Shown here one piece after another: positions 1 to 12,350 of a DNA stretch of 64,000 bases (positions within the stretch are counted from its first letter, which is position 1; each line of letters begins with the position of its first letter). Position numbers and translations under genes: made by a program. Below the pieces are notes generated by a model, which was not told where the DNA came from, searched no databases, and saw only the letters and a program-made list of their open reading frames with translations. This DNA is from Azolla caroliniana. Lineage: Eukaryota; Plantae; Polypodiophyta. The DNA is taken from positions 2,294,001 through 2,358,000 of the forward strand of contig JBHGNT010000005.1 in assembly GCA_043228905.1 (NCBI GenBank), given 5' to 3'.

Positions 1-895
1 CAAAAAAAATCAAGACAAATGGTCTTGACGTGTAGAATAAATTTTAATGTATGACTTTGATTGAGATTTCTTAAATGGTGTTGATTTACAAGATAGCATA
101 CACACTAATTCTTTCATGTCAACCCATACAGGAACCACTCTAAAGGAGCATATTTCTCTTTTAAATAAATGCGTATAAAATATCTACATTGTGTTATAAG
201 TTATAAGTTATAACTATAAGTGATACCAAATAAGTTTGGAAAACCAATTCTTTTTTTTTCCAAAAAATCAATTCTATTAAGTGTGTTAGGCATGTGCATG
301 TTATAATTTACAATTACAAAATGTGATTAGTATGGAGGGGTGGATTGCCATTCCGGATATATATAAAGACAATGATGAAGACAACTTTGTGAAATACACT
401 CTGGCAAATACTTCTTTATATATTTTGTTTTCAACGCAATTATGTCTTCAATAACACAAGCTTCTTTCCTCTCTCTCTCTAATAATTTGAAAATGAGTTC
501 ATTGGTACATGCTAAAGTTCATCCATTTGTTAGGTGTCGAGACTCCACACCATTGCTTCCAAACACTTTGTTCACATTCTCTTTGATATTTAGAGGGGGG
601 GGGGGGGGGGGGGGTTTGTCGCTCAAGCTAGCAAACTTGCCAACTATCCATATTTTGCCCTAAACAATTTTGTGAGTTTGAGAATCAGACTTCCGTTGCC
701 ACGCACTACCTCCGCCCATATTTGAGTTCGCTTCTCACACATTGTCAATCTCACAACGTGTACTCCCAATCTCAATTCTTGTTCATAAAATTGTTGAGCA
801 TCTAGAGTCGCAACTCGATTCCACATGTACTACGTGACAAACATTTCACTTTTAGGATCTAGGGTCATATTTGATCGACAAGGGTGATAATAAAA

Positions 896-931
<36 letters not shown>

Positions 932-1150
932 ACACTCACACACACACACACACAACTTGAAAATGTTATATGAAAGCGTCATATATTGACCTCTGAAGAC
1001 GATAATAAAACCTATGTATCTACCAATATCTCTATTTCAATGGTAATACATGAAGGGTGGGAGAGATGGTCAAATGTGAGGGATGGAGGGCGTGGCGCCA
1101 CATGGATCCATCTGATTGTGCTGATGTTTTCTTCGAACATTTGCGCTCAA

Positions 1151-1186
<36 letters not shown>

Positions 1187-1189
1187 GAC

Positions 1190-1329
1190 AATCACAATCA
1201 CAACTTCTTGTACTAAAACAAACAAAATAACCAAGAAGAAGAAGACTTGGTGCCTACATCACAATTTCTTCTTCTATTAGAACAAACAAGAAATACCCAA
1301 GAAGAAGAAGACTTGGTGCCACTTGGTGC

Positions 1330-1366
<37 letters not shown>

Positions 1367-1450
1367 ACATCACAATTTCTTCTTCTACCATAACAAACAA
1401 AAAATACCCTATAGAAGAAGAAGAAGAAGAAGAAGAAGAAGAAGAAGAAA
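1190..1450. repeat. Three imperfect copies of a ~60-bp unit (cacaatttcttc...aacaaacaa...aagaagaagaagacttggtgcc) interleaved with (CA)n and (AGA)n microsatellites
   Basis: Direct repeats visible at ~1199, ~1259 and ~1369, in the promoter/5'UTR region of the HIR gene. Confidence 0.7.
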
Positions 1451-2140
1451 ACTCTTAAGATTTCTACTCTGTCTTTTAATTCATTATAATAAGACTCCTT
1501 CTCCTTTTTCTTCTTTCTCTGCGTTAAAAACAACAGAGCAAATAACAAAAAACAAAAGCACAAGTGCCTGCGAATCGATTCCCTCAGAGGTACGCTACAC
1601 TTCCTTCACCTCCATCTCTGTGTTTTTCCTTCCCTCCCCTCTTCCTTCCCTAAATGCTTTTCCTTCTCTTTGCCTTGCTCAAGTTTTTCTTCTCTCAGCT
1701 GTGTCTTTTGGTTAAATCATATATTCGACCTTTCTTCTTCTTCTTTTGTCTCTCTTCCCCTTTTGTGTCTTACATGTTTTGCTGTTGATTTTTCTCTTTG
1801 TTTCTATTTTCTGTTTCCTGTTTCTTTTGATCCCATCAGCCTCCTTTTCTTGATCCGGAAAAAAACGTCTCCAAAGAGATCAAAATCCCAGAGAAATATA
1901 CAAGTGTTCTACCGAATCCTTATCAAATTTCCTGTACTTTTGTTTCATGCAAGACAAATCGAACTAAAACTTCTGCTAAAATTCATATAAGTTCTGTGGT
2001 ATTAAGTAGTTCCTGATCATTTCTTATTATTTCGTTTGTTTGTGGTATGAAATCTATCATTTGTACTTAATTCCTATAAATTTTCATTCTTTTCGTGCAT
2101 CAGAAGGAAACATGGCCATTTAGTACAACCGTTTTTTCCC

Positions 2141-2243
2141 AAACATCGTTCTAATTCCCCCAAGAGGTTCAAGAAAAAGACTTTAAAATTTAAAACATCG
2201 TTCTAATCTCCTCAAGAGGTTCAAGAAAAAGACTTTAAAATTT
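2141..2243. repeat. Two-copy ~51-bp tandem duplication
   Basis: aaacatcgttctaat..caagaggttcaagaaaaagactttaaaattt occurs twice, head to tail. Confidence 0.85.
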
Positions 2244-2471
2244 GACCTTACTTTCGAGGTGTATCCACCATTTAACTATTTATGTTGAACAATCATGTCT
2301 AACCGAATTTCCTAATTCTTGCTCTGATAAGCGAGTGATCTGTGAGCCACTGAATGACCCAATTCCTTGATTTCCATTGAGGATTCTTTTTGCTACGTTT
2401 AGCACATTGGATAAATAACGGTGGCATACATCCTTAACTATTGTAGTCAAAGGAGAAAAGAGATGTAATAG

Positions 2472-2552
2472 CATCTCGGCTGAGTTGGTTCAAGCATCCT
2501 GATAGTAACATGAGGGTCATAGGTTTGAATCCTACATGGCAGGGGGTTGACC
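2472..2552 (+). mobile_element. Degenerate tRNA-derived SINE head in the HIR 5'UTR intron
   Basis: A-box-like GGCTGAGTTGG and B-box-like GGTTTGAATCC at tRNA-like spacing; no complete cloverleaf. Confidence 0.35.
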
Positions 2553-3718
2553 TAATCTGTCTTTAAATGAACGATTCCGACCAAATCGGCAAAATGTGAA
2601 CAGATTCAAATATTTTAATCAATTCGCGCATTATACTGTTGAACAACATCTTTAATAGAAACCACTATCAATAATGGAATGCATCTATGGTGTTATATGA
2701 GTGGAAACGACAACCGTATGTGTATATGCATATAGATATGTTCTTGTGATTGCTCAAACTTGGAATATCCATACATTGATACATCAAAAGATATAACAAA
2801 TCTATACATGCATGTGAACAGAGAATACAAGGGGAAATGTTTGTAGGACTTGTCTTTAAGATATATTACCAACTACATCATGTTATGATGATAAAGACTT
2901 TAACAAGAAATAGAGTGGAAAAGATGGGCATGTATGTTGACAAAGAAAACAAGGCGATATTTTTGCATGGATTTCCTTCTTTATCAATGATGAAGGATTA
3001 TTAGCTATATCATGGTCCAATTATAAGGTAGAGAAAATAAACATAAAGAATTTACTAAATTACAAAAGTAGTCACATGGAAATCAAGGAAAGTCTGCACA
3101 AATTAGTAAGAGGGAAGAGGAACTTAATTAACAATGATCGAAAGTCCCAAGCCCAAAGGTAAGAGATGAAAAACATATTTAACGCTTATTCCCCAGTGAT
3201 ACAAGAGTACAAAATTTACGAATACAAACATGACCAGACAAATTTGACTTTTTGACCACTCCCTCTCCTCCAAAGAAAACAAAAAAAAATCAAATTTGCA
3301 AAGAATAACAACAAAAGACATTATATCGATATTCAAATACGAAAAAAAATGCTGGAATTTCGAATTCTGAAAATTCAGAAGGATTGTGATTACACCAACC
3401 TAATGGCACCGCCCTTTGGGCAGGTTTCAAAAGAACAAGAAGTTTCGGTGTAGGGGTAATTGCATATAGATTACCCATTTATAATGGTGCCTCTAGATGT
3501 AGTCTTCTTTATACCACTTTTCAGTGATGGCTTTTGAATGTCATATTGCAAATTGTGTTTGCCATTTTCTGTTTGTGAACCAGGGCAAATATATAAATTA
3601 GCATATCAGGTTGCATTTATGTATTAAACATTTTTATTATTTAACATCGTGTTTTGTTGTTTCCTAAATTTCAGCTTGTCTAGTTTCATCTTGGCATTTT
3701 TCGCAGAGAAATTTTAAC

Positions 3719-5793
3719 ATGGGGCAGATACTTGGATGTGTGCAAGTGGACCAATCAACAGTAGCTGTAAAAGAGAATTTTGGGAAATTTAGCGATATAT
3801 TGGAACCTGGTTGTCACTGTGTACCTTGGTGTGTCGGGAGTGCTATTATTGGTCTATTATCCTTGCGAGTACAACAACTTGATGTTAGATGTGAAACTAA
3901 GTCCAAGGTATGTAGCGGTATATGCGTGCTGTTTCTGGATAATATTAACATTCTCCCTTAATTTAAGGGGTAATATAAACTCTTACACTCAGTAAAAGGG
4001 GAAAAGAATTTAATGTTTTAACTCCTTATTGGGGTAAATTCTGAAAATTTTAGAAGATGGAGTAGAGTTGATATTTCTCCTTCTATGACGGATATGTTTT
4101 TTATGTTTGTAATTATTTTCCCAATTGTTCATAATCATGTCACTCATGAGTGTTAAAAGGTAATAAGGGAACCGTGGTGATTCTTGTATCTCAGGACAAT
4201 GTTTTCGTCAATGTTGTGGCATCAGTACAATATAGAGCTGTTCGAGAAAATGCAAAAGATGCATTCTACATGCTCACAAATCCAAAGGAGCAGATCCAGT
4301 CATATGTGTTTGATGGTAAACTAGTTGTTCACTTGATTACAGTGTTTTTTATCTTGCATCATGCAGCAAACAGGTAGTTGTCACTAGTTTCTTCTTTTCA
4401 TGAATGAAAATTGGTCCTGGATATGTCTGCAGTGGTAAGAGCTACTGTACCAAAAATGAACTTGGACGATGTCTTCGAGCAAAAAAGTGAGATAGCAAAA
4501 TCTGTGGCCGATGAACTTGCAAAGGTATGTTATCTTACAGATATATTTTTGCATAAATATTTTTGTTTGGGTTTATCACGCACTCGTGCTTTGAAACTAT
4601 GTGAGCTATGAAACTTTATTATCAATAGTCAAGAGAAATAAGAAAACTGGGCATTTGTTCTGACTGAGAGTTAAGGTATGAGAAAAAGTTCCGTGTGTTT
4701 AACAATTGGCAACGGTTCGGTTCGGTTTGAGAGGGTCCAAACTGAACTGTTTAAATTTTTTGAAACCTAAACCGAACCACAAAACCGTTAAACCATTAAA
4801 CCGTAAAAACCGCGGTTTCGTGGTTCGGTTTCGGTTTTCAACATAGGTCAAAATTTTAAATTTTAATTTTTTAAAATTTATAATATTTCATTAAAATTTT
4901 TTTTTAAGATGTTATTAAAAATGAAAAGATTGTTTAAAAACAATTTTTAAATTTTTTTAAAAATATAAAATAAAAAACCGTTAAACCGCGGTTTTTGACT
5001 GTTGAAACCGAACCGCTGAAATCGTTAAGCCGTTAAACTGCTGTTTAGCGGTTCAAACCGAACCTGCCGATTGTTACATGTGTTTAAGGGTGTAGTAGAA
5101 CACTTTATTTAACTAAGGGACACTTCATCGTGGCTCGTAAGACATGTGTCAGTTTGAACCTTAATACAAAAAGAACAAGAAAGGAAATTCTGTTTTGAGA
5201 GAGATGAGATGGTTGTTGAGATTGTAAAAAGTCTTTGTAGGCAATGTCTAACTACGGATTCGAGATTGTACAAACCTTAATAGTTGATATAATACCAGAC
5301 GAAACAGTGAAGAGGGCGATGAATGAGATAAATGCAGGTAAACATGATATATACTTATTATTGAGCTCCTAAATGTTTGCATACAATATGTCACCTTATG
5401 CTCTTTCGCTTGTTCTTGTCAGCTGCAAGAATGAGACTTGCAACTCAAGAGAAAGCGGAGGCTGAGAAGATTCTTCAAGTAAAGCGTGCTGAGGCCGAAG
5501 CTGAATCTAAGTATCTCTCTGGAGTGGGTATAGCTAGACAAAGGCAAGCTATCGTAGACGGTCTAAGAGAAAGTGTTCTCAACTTCTCTCATAATGTACC
5601 TGGTACAAGTGCAAAAAATGTGATGGATATGGTCCTAGTGACTCAATATTTTGACACCATGAAAGAGGTTGGTGCAGCATCAAAATCTTCTACAATTTTT
5701 ATGCCTCATGGACCAGGAGCTGTACGCGATGTTGCAGAGCAAATTCGTCGTGGTTTGCTTCATGGTGAGGCTCCATCACCATCATTAATATAG
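3719..5793 (+). CDS. HIR1: Hypersensitive-induced response protein (SPFH/band-7 family)
   Basis: Five GT-AG coding exons with consistent phases: 3719-3907, 4195-4315, 4433-4524, 5241-5337, 5423-5793. Protein: [13 protein letters not shown]...[23 protein letters not shown]...[14 protein letters not shown]...[13 protein letters not shown]-terminal Gly2/Cys7 acylation motif. Probable non-coding exon ending 1589 (GAG|GTACGC). Confidence 0.95.
4700..5076. mobile_element. hAT-type MITE in HIR intron 3
   Basis: Terminal inverted repeats TAACAATTGGCA / TGCCGATTGTTA, subterminal AAACCG/CGGTT repeats and an AT-rich core. 8-bp flanks CGTGTGTT (4692-4699) and CATGTGTT (5077-5084) differ by one CpG-type change. 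Confidence 0.85.
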
Positions 5794-6509
5794 TTTAGTA
5801 TGGAATTGAGAGGCGGATACAAATAATTAATAACCATATGATGTACTACTTGATTGTGTGAGTTATTACTTTATTTATTTATATGGTACTTGTAATTATA
5901 TGACATATCACATGATTTATTTATATTCTTTTGTTTTTCCCTTTTTCTTTCCATCTTTACTTCAATTTAAATATTTGAAACTATATGTATAGCTAAGACT
6001 TTCTTATCAATTGTTCTAGGACTTATTACTTTAATTTATATATGATTTAGAAACTATGAGTTAGAAGATATATCCCTTCACATCTTCATATAGCAATTGT
6101 TTCCAAAAGATTTTCAAGCAATCTAGAACCTACATATATATGTGTACCACTTCGCACAACCTCCTCCATTGTAATGGTGCAATTCTATAACATTGCTTTG
6201 TTTTTATCTATGCATTCTAGTTCATTATCGATCTTCAATCTTTCTAGGCATTTTTCTTATGTTTCTACATCCGTCAAGATGTTGCACACTTAATTCTTTA
6301 ATATATATATATATATATTATCTCTTGTTGATCCATTCCTACTCAATACCAATCTTGAGTCTCTATGCATAGGTCTTGTAATAAATACTAGATGCATTCA
6401 AGATATTGTAGTCTTGATCATATATCATCTATTTCTAATGTGTTCTCATGTATTATTTTGTGTATTGATACCTTTTTTAAATAAATTAAACATTTTTTGC
6501 ATCATTTCG

Positions 6510-7400
6510 CAAGATAGAAAGAACTGTTGTATCAAGAGTTTTATTTATCAATGTTTGTGATAGGATGTTTGTCTTTCTATTGGCTGATATAATCCATTCT
6601 CATAATAGACTCCTAAAGTTCAGAACAAAAGCTACCACACAGTAGCTCAACTTGAAGACTACACCCAAATGCCAAGTCTTGATATCTTTACACACCCTTT
6701 CAATGTCATGCATAAACCACTATCCCCTATAAGCAACATAATCTTCAGTTACATCACTACTACACAAGGTGCAACATCCCCTCTTTAATTAATATGCAAG
6801 AGGGGTTTGATCAATTTCATCATTATGCAATGTGCTCACCGTGTTCAATGTGTAAGGGATCTTTGGTCAATGTATACATTGAATAAGATATAAATACAAG
6901 AGCTTCGCATGCTATGGTTCAATTTCATAGGCAATAAATAAGAGCGCACACGAACCATCTATATCTCAAAACACACTAATAGTCTAATTCAATGGAAACG
7001 GCACCAGCTCAAATCAATTCATAACATACGGAACTTGGATCCCAATATAAAATGATACTTCACGCCTTAAATCATGTGTCAAGTGGAAGCTGTACTTGCT
7101 CAAATCATGTCATGAAAACAAGTGCTTGGATGCTAATGTGTAAACTGTACTTCAACAGCTAAATGATACAGTATACCGTGTAATAAAGATGAAAACAAAA
7201 ACACTGACTCTGCATTGTTTCCAAGAGTAATGGTAAACAATGAAGCTCAGCCAACTGACGCAACCACATTTGTTTTTTTGTGCAACCTTTCTTCTCTTTC
7301 TCATGTGAAAAACTAACAATTGTTTCCCTGCATTTCAGCAAAGGCTGCACACCTCTTTCCACCTGAATGATCATGAGAGGTTAATAACTTTGATTTGAAA
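6510..7400 (-). mobile_element. Decayed Ty1/Copia 3' end (RNase H remnant, PPT, LTR)
   Basis: Minus strand reads KYHFI and LTK-like RNase H fragments, then polypurine AAAGAGGGGA followed by TGTTG at ~6776. Boundaries approximate. Confidence 0.4.
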
Positions 7401-7679
7401 GATTGTCAACTAGTCTGGTTTAAACAACCATGCATGAATTCATATGACACAGGCTGTTCATTTGTTATTCTTTTATTGGTAGTGGAAATTCAATAATCAT
7501 TAAACTACAATCCTTAATAAAATCATGTTGAAACCATCGTTTGACACTGTACATCTTTTTTAAGGTTACAATACTGTACAAGTGAAGTATAATGCAACTG
7601 AATGGAATGAAGTTCAAGAATCTGCCACTTAAGTACTTCATTGATAGTTCGCACGATATGTACACATATCCACCTCACA

Positions 7680-8465
7680 CTTGGGGGCTGTGCATAATGT
7701 GTAAGAAAATTTGTCCGTAGTCCATCCTCATTTGCTCCAATATGAGAGTGAATGAGCTCACCTTGTCTAAAAAAACAGAAAGGCGGCACACGGCTCTGAT
7801 ACCCCATTTCCTCATCAAAGCCTACGAACAACAAAACAAAAGGAATTGTCATTTCTGAAAACTTTAAGAGTTTGTTATTTTTAAACTGTAGCTATAAGGG
7901 ATACTGGGTTCAGCCATAACTTGTAAGGGAGATTAATATATCTATAAGAGATATCGGTTATCTACAACTCGTGAGAGAGATTGATAGGTTTAACCATAAT
8001 ATAATAAGGGAGATATGTTTAATCATAGTTTGTACGGGTGATTGGCTTAAGTTGTGAGGGAGATTGGCTTAACCATATCTCATAGGTAGATTGGTTTGTC
8101 TACAAATAAGGGGGATTGATTTAACCATAACTTAATAAGGGACCCTTGCTTAACAATAATTAGGAAGGGACATTGTTTTAACCGTAACTTAATAAGGAAG
8201 ATTGATACAATGGCAGATATTTCATATAGCCATATTGTAATAAGGTATACCATAGCATGAAGGGTGATTGATATAGCCATTAGGGATGATGATAACCATT
8301 TTGTTTTCTTTTTTGTGGAGTACAAGGTAAGAGTCTTACCCTTGTATCGCTGTTAAGGTCACTGTTAATCCTAAAAAACAATGCATTCAGGTACTCTTTA
8401 CTCATTGTTACAAGTTTTAGATATATTATTTTGCATGGACCGCATGTTGGGGCATAAGATAAGAT
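7680..8465 (-). pseudogene. Thioredoxin-like pseudogene
   Basis: Exon ~8465-8340 reads APTCGPCKIIYLKLVTMSKEY...DTR|GTAAG. The next exon from 7821 reads ALMRKWGIRAV, then a 2-nt frameshift, then PPFCFFRQGELIHSHIGANEDGLRTNF. CGPC active site without the usual Trp. Further stop-containing exon remnants at ~8855-9100. Confidence 0.75.
7895..8285. repeat. Degenerate ~35-40-bp minisatellite within the thioredoxin pseudogene intron
   Basis: Recurrent aaggggagatt...ggtttaaccataac units. Confidence 0.65.
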
Positions 8466-9230
8466 GAGAATGATAAGCAAGGAGACTTGTGAACCGTTTG
8501 ATTTCCTAAGTTTGATTTCCCCACATTGTCAATCCTCACCCATCACTGCGAACATTTATTTCTCACTCACAATGTGCACTCTCAATCTAACGGTTCATTG
8601 GTAAAATTCTTGAACGTCAACAGTCACTAAACCACTCTGCACATACTACATGAAAACGATTCATTCTCATCCCACGTGGCATATTTTACCTCCAAAGGAC
8701 GATAACAAAATCTATCTATCTTTAGTTGATGGCTTGCTATTACACATTTACACTATATATCATTCTTCCAAAATTACATATTCAGAAACAAAAAACATCT
8801 CTTTTTTTCTCCTAATCAAACACATAGAATGGCATACGAAAGAGGGCATCTTACCTGGCAGGCAGAGAGAGCAGGCGAGTTAAAAAGGAAGGTTACGGAG
8901 CTTCTGATTTCTAAGAACTTGTTACAGCACAAAGGCATAAGGGAAGATGATCTTACTTACCTTTAGTTAGGGCAATGGTCCTCGTTTTATGCAGCTTCTT
9001 CTTGATCTTCTTTCTTCTTCTTCTTCAGCTACTTCTTCAGCTTCTGTTTTCTTCTTCTGTGTTGGATTCATAAGACAATGTGTTGTTGGATTCACACTTC
9101 ATCCAAAGATGGAGGGAGAAGAAGGAAATTCAGAGAGCTTCCGGACGGAGCCCATCGGAAGTAGTTACCCCACCCAAACTTGTCGGGCTTTTCTTTTTAC
9201 ATAGGAATACATTTACTCGAGAAATCCCTA

Positions 9231-9775
9231 TGTAGTACAATTTCTTTACGATTGTTGTTGGTGTTTCTCTAAACCAATGGAGCATCGCAGTAACTTTCTA
9301 AACTATCCTCGTAAGCATCGGCAATGCTAGTAGGGCTATTTCGATTCATGTTGCATAAAGGCGGTATCAATGTTGATCTAAGTTGGATTTGTCACAACCT
9401 AAAGTGGCATGGAACATTTGTATGTGTGATCCAAAGCCTTACTTATAATAGAAAAGCAACCAAGTGAGAACACACATATAAAGGCCTAGGGTTTGAGCCT
9501 ATATAAGAAGGCTAGCTACCTTCGTGAAGGGGCGTCTTTTTTTTTTTTAATGTCTTGAAAGAGACTTTGCTAGTGTGGCAAAGCTCTAGTTTTATACAAG
9601 CATGCTTCCTTCTTTAAACCTAAGGTGCGATCCATGTCCGTAAACGGTCGTACGAGACACTCGTAGGGGGCTCGAATCTATCTCTCATCTTCGCTAGGGG
9701 TGGTCGGGTGGATTAGCGCCCTTTCTTCCTTATTTTCCTCTTTAATTTTGCTTAACATTAATTAAGATTCTAACA
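9231..9775 (+). mobile_element. Solo LTR related to the outer Gypsy LTR
   Basis: Shares ctatataagaaggctagctacc, ggggtggtcgggtgg and a ...ttgcttaa...tctaaca end with 17121-17607 and 41958-42383. Left boundary uncertain. Confidence 0.6.
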
Positions 9776-10392
9776 CCCTTATTCCTTTATAAAGGTTTAT
9801 ATCATTAAAAACTCCTCAATTTTATACCCTAAAATGTTGCCCATTTTTTCTTATTATTTAAGTTTCTCTAGACATGATTATTGCCAGAAAATATTACTAG
9901 TAAGAAAAACAATGGAAAGATCAAGGGAAAGATTGGCTTAAGGGCGCTCAACCACAGTAACTAGCATCCAACGTAAGATTTGGTCGATAGGGTTATGCCC
10001 AAAACAAGGACATGACTAGTTGTTTGTGTTTGACCCATGATATGGCCTTTGTAAACAATTATTCATAATGAATTATACATTTTCAGGTGATGTCTAAATG
10101 TGGGTCTTCACATATAATTGTCCTTTGATTTTCCATCCTAACCAATAAGCATATTGCCATCCTTATGCATAAGGTTGGTCATATACAATTGGGCTCGTGA
10201 TAGTTGCAAACAATCAAGGTGGAGAGATACGGAGATCCCCATGACTTACTGATGGTATGGTATTGAAGATGATGAAGAGAAAACTCCAGAACACTTCCCC
10301 AAGTACTCCAAATTGTAGAAAATTCCAAAGCATTTGATATACAACTCAATAGAATACGCACTTGATGATGGCTAATGTATCATGACCTCAGA

Positions 10393-10895
10393 AGTGTGGA
10401 GGCATAGGCATCAATGTTAACATATGTTGCACCAAATCACAAAACCATCTTCAAATGAGCAAATCACATTAAATGCACTTGATGCTCCATCTTCAATCAC
10501 ATTTAAGCTTTGTTTCCCCCCAAATTATAAGCTTGTATTGACAATTGAGAACTAGTAATATTACCTCCACACAATCTATAAAAATGTTCCAAATGCTCCA
10601 TCTTCAATCACATTTAAGCTTTGTTTCCCCCAAAATTATAAGCTTGTATTGACAATTGAGAACTAGTAATATTACCTCCACACAATCTATAAAAAAGTGT
10701 GGAGGCATAGGCACCAATGTTAACATATGTTGCACCAAATCACAAAACCATCTTCAAATGAGCAAATCGCATTAAATGCACTCGATGCTCCATCTTCAAT
10801 CACATTTAAGCTTTGTTTCCCCCAAAATTATAAGCTTGTATTGACAATTGAGAACTAGGAATATTACCTCCACACAATCTATAAAAATGTTCCAA
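10393..10895. repeat. Complex recent tandem duplication (A-B-B-A-B; A ~90 bp, B ~105 bp) in decayed TE-like DNA
   Basis: gtgtggaggcataggca...atgcac occurs twice; atgctccatcttcaatcacatttaagc...caatctataaaaa occurs three times, near-identical. Confidence 0.85.
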
Positions 10896-12350
10896 TTTGG
10901 TCCCATAACACAATTTTGACAAGAATGACAAAAAATATATGCATCTAATCACCCAAGAAAGTTTCGCTATCAATGCTCTCATTCCCATTGATTCACAATT
11001 AGAAGAATCTAAAATAATATATTATAGTACCAAGTCTAAATGTAATGCTATCAAAGCATTATTAGAACAGGTCACATGGTGTACTATCGTACATGCTAAG
11101 GTTATTATATGCATTAAAGAAATTTCAAATCATATAATTGTGATGCTGGCTACGAACAAGAACGTTTTCACTAGCAATATTGTGCTCAAAGATGACAAAG
11201 AACATAAATTAAGGATTAAAAATAAAGAATAAAGCAGAAAAAGTGAAGTTCATGAGAAACCGAGTAAAAAAAGGGTTAAAACATAAGCAATTGTGACACA
11301 ACCCATGAAGAAATCGAGTAGAAAGTTGGAGAGGCAAAAGCTATTGAGAATCTTATTATTGAGAAAAAGAACGCATTGTGGAAGGCAAAAAGCATTAATC
11401 AAAATAAAATAAAAAGGATACTCAAATATTGAGGTTCTATAAATAAGTGTGGCATATCACAATTGTATCAAAACATCAGCACCCATGATATACACCAGAG
11501 TTATGAATGAATGTATAGATTTTTACCAACAATTTAATTGTTTCAAAATAAACCGACAAACTATGTCTATGTGAATTTTGGAAATAGTTAAAATCCGTAT
11601 ACAATTAGAATCATAAATTTCTTTCTAGGAAAACAATATACTTTTAGTAGTTTTCATGTCCTAAAACCGCACAAAAATAAAATCTACCAATAAGACCCAT
11701 ACATTTTGTGATAGATCTTCAGTGATAAATAACCCAAAAAAACAAGACCCACGTAACATTTTGTAATGGATCTTGTGTGTTAAATAACCCAAAAAACCAA
11801 GACCCAGGTAATATTTTGTAGTGGATCAAGTAATCCTTTTTAATGCATTTTATGTGATAATAAGGCAAAACACCGATAGCCAAAGACTCAATGTCATTGA
11901 AATAAGACATGGAATGTGAGTGAGTGCTTGATGCTGCAGGCAGCTACCTCAGGAATAATCCAATAAAAAAGATCATCTCCTATCTAGATCCTATAAAGAC
12001 CATTTTACCAGTTGAATAATCAAAATCATCATGAACAAGTATTTAACTCAAATAACCACCATCATTATGATTGTATTAACTCGAATAATAGCATTCCTTC
12101 ATGATGAGTTTAACTCGAGATATCCACAATCATTTATGACGGGTATTAATTCAGCAAGACAGCCTATCATAATTGATGGTTGATATTGGCAAACTCGGCA
12201 AAAGGCTACAGGCACTCATGATTCATCATCTTGATCAGCACAATAAGAAACTTGTTCATCGTGATGATTCATTTTCATCTTCACAAGGATTCTTTTCACA
12301 TTCACGATAAAAATCTTTCACTAATCAGAACAAAACTTTATTTTTGTCGA

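Noticed and set aside
980-1025. Hammerhead ribozyme suggested by CTGAAGA
   Set aside because: No GAAA core or stem II follows.
1323-1990. ORFs with poly-R, poly-F, poly-HT or poly-S runs here and at 14645-15135 and 28468-28718
   Set aside because: Translations of (CA)n, (AGA)n and (CT)n microsatellites in UTRs and introns.
2472-2545. Functional tRNA gene (also ~16900, ~19895, ~32560)
   Set aside because: Only degenerate A/B boxes, with no acceptor stem or cloverleaf.
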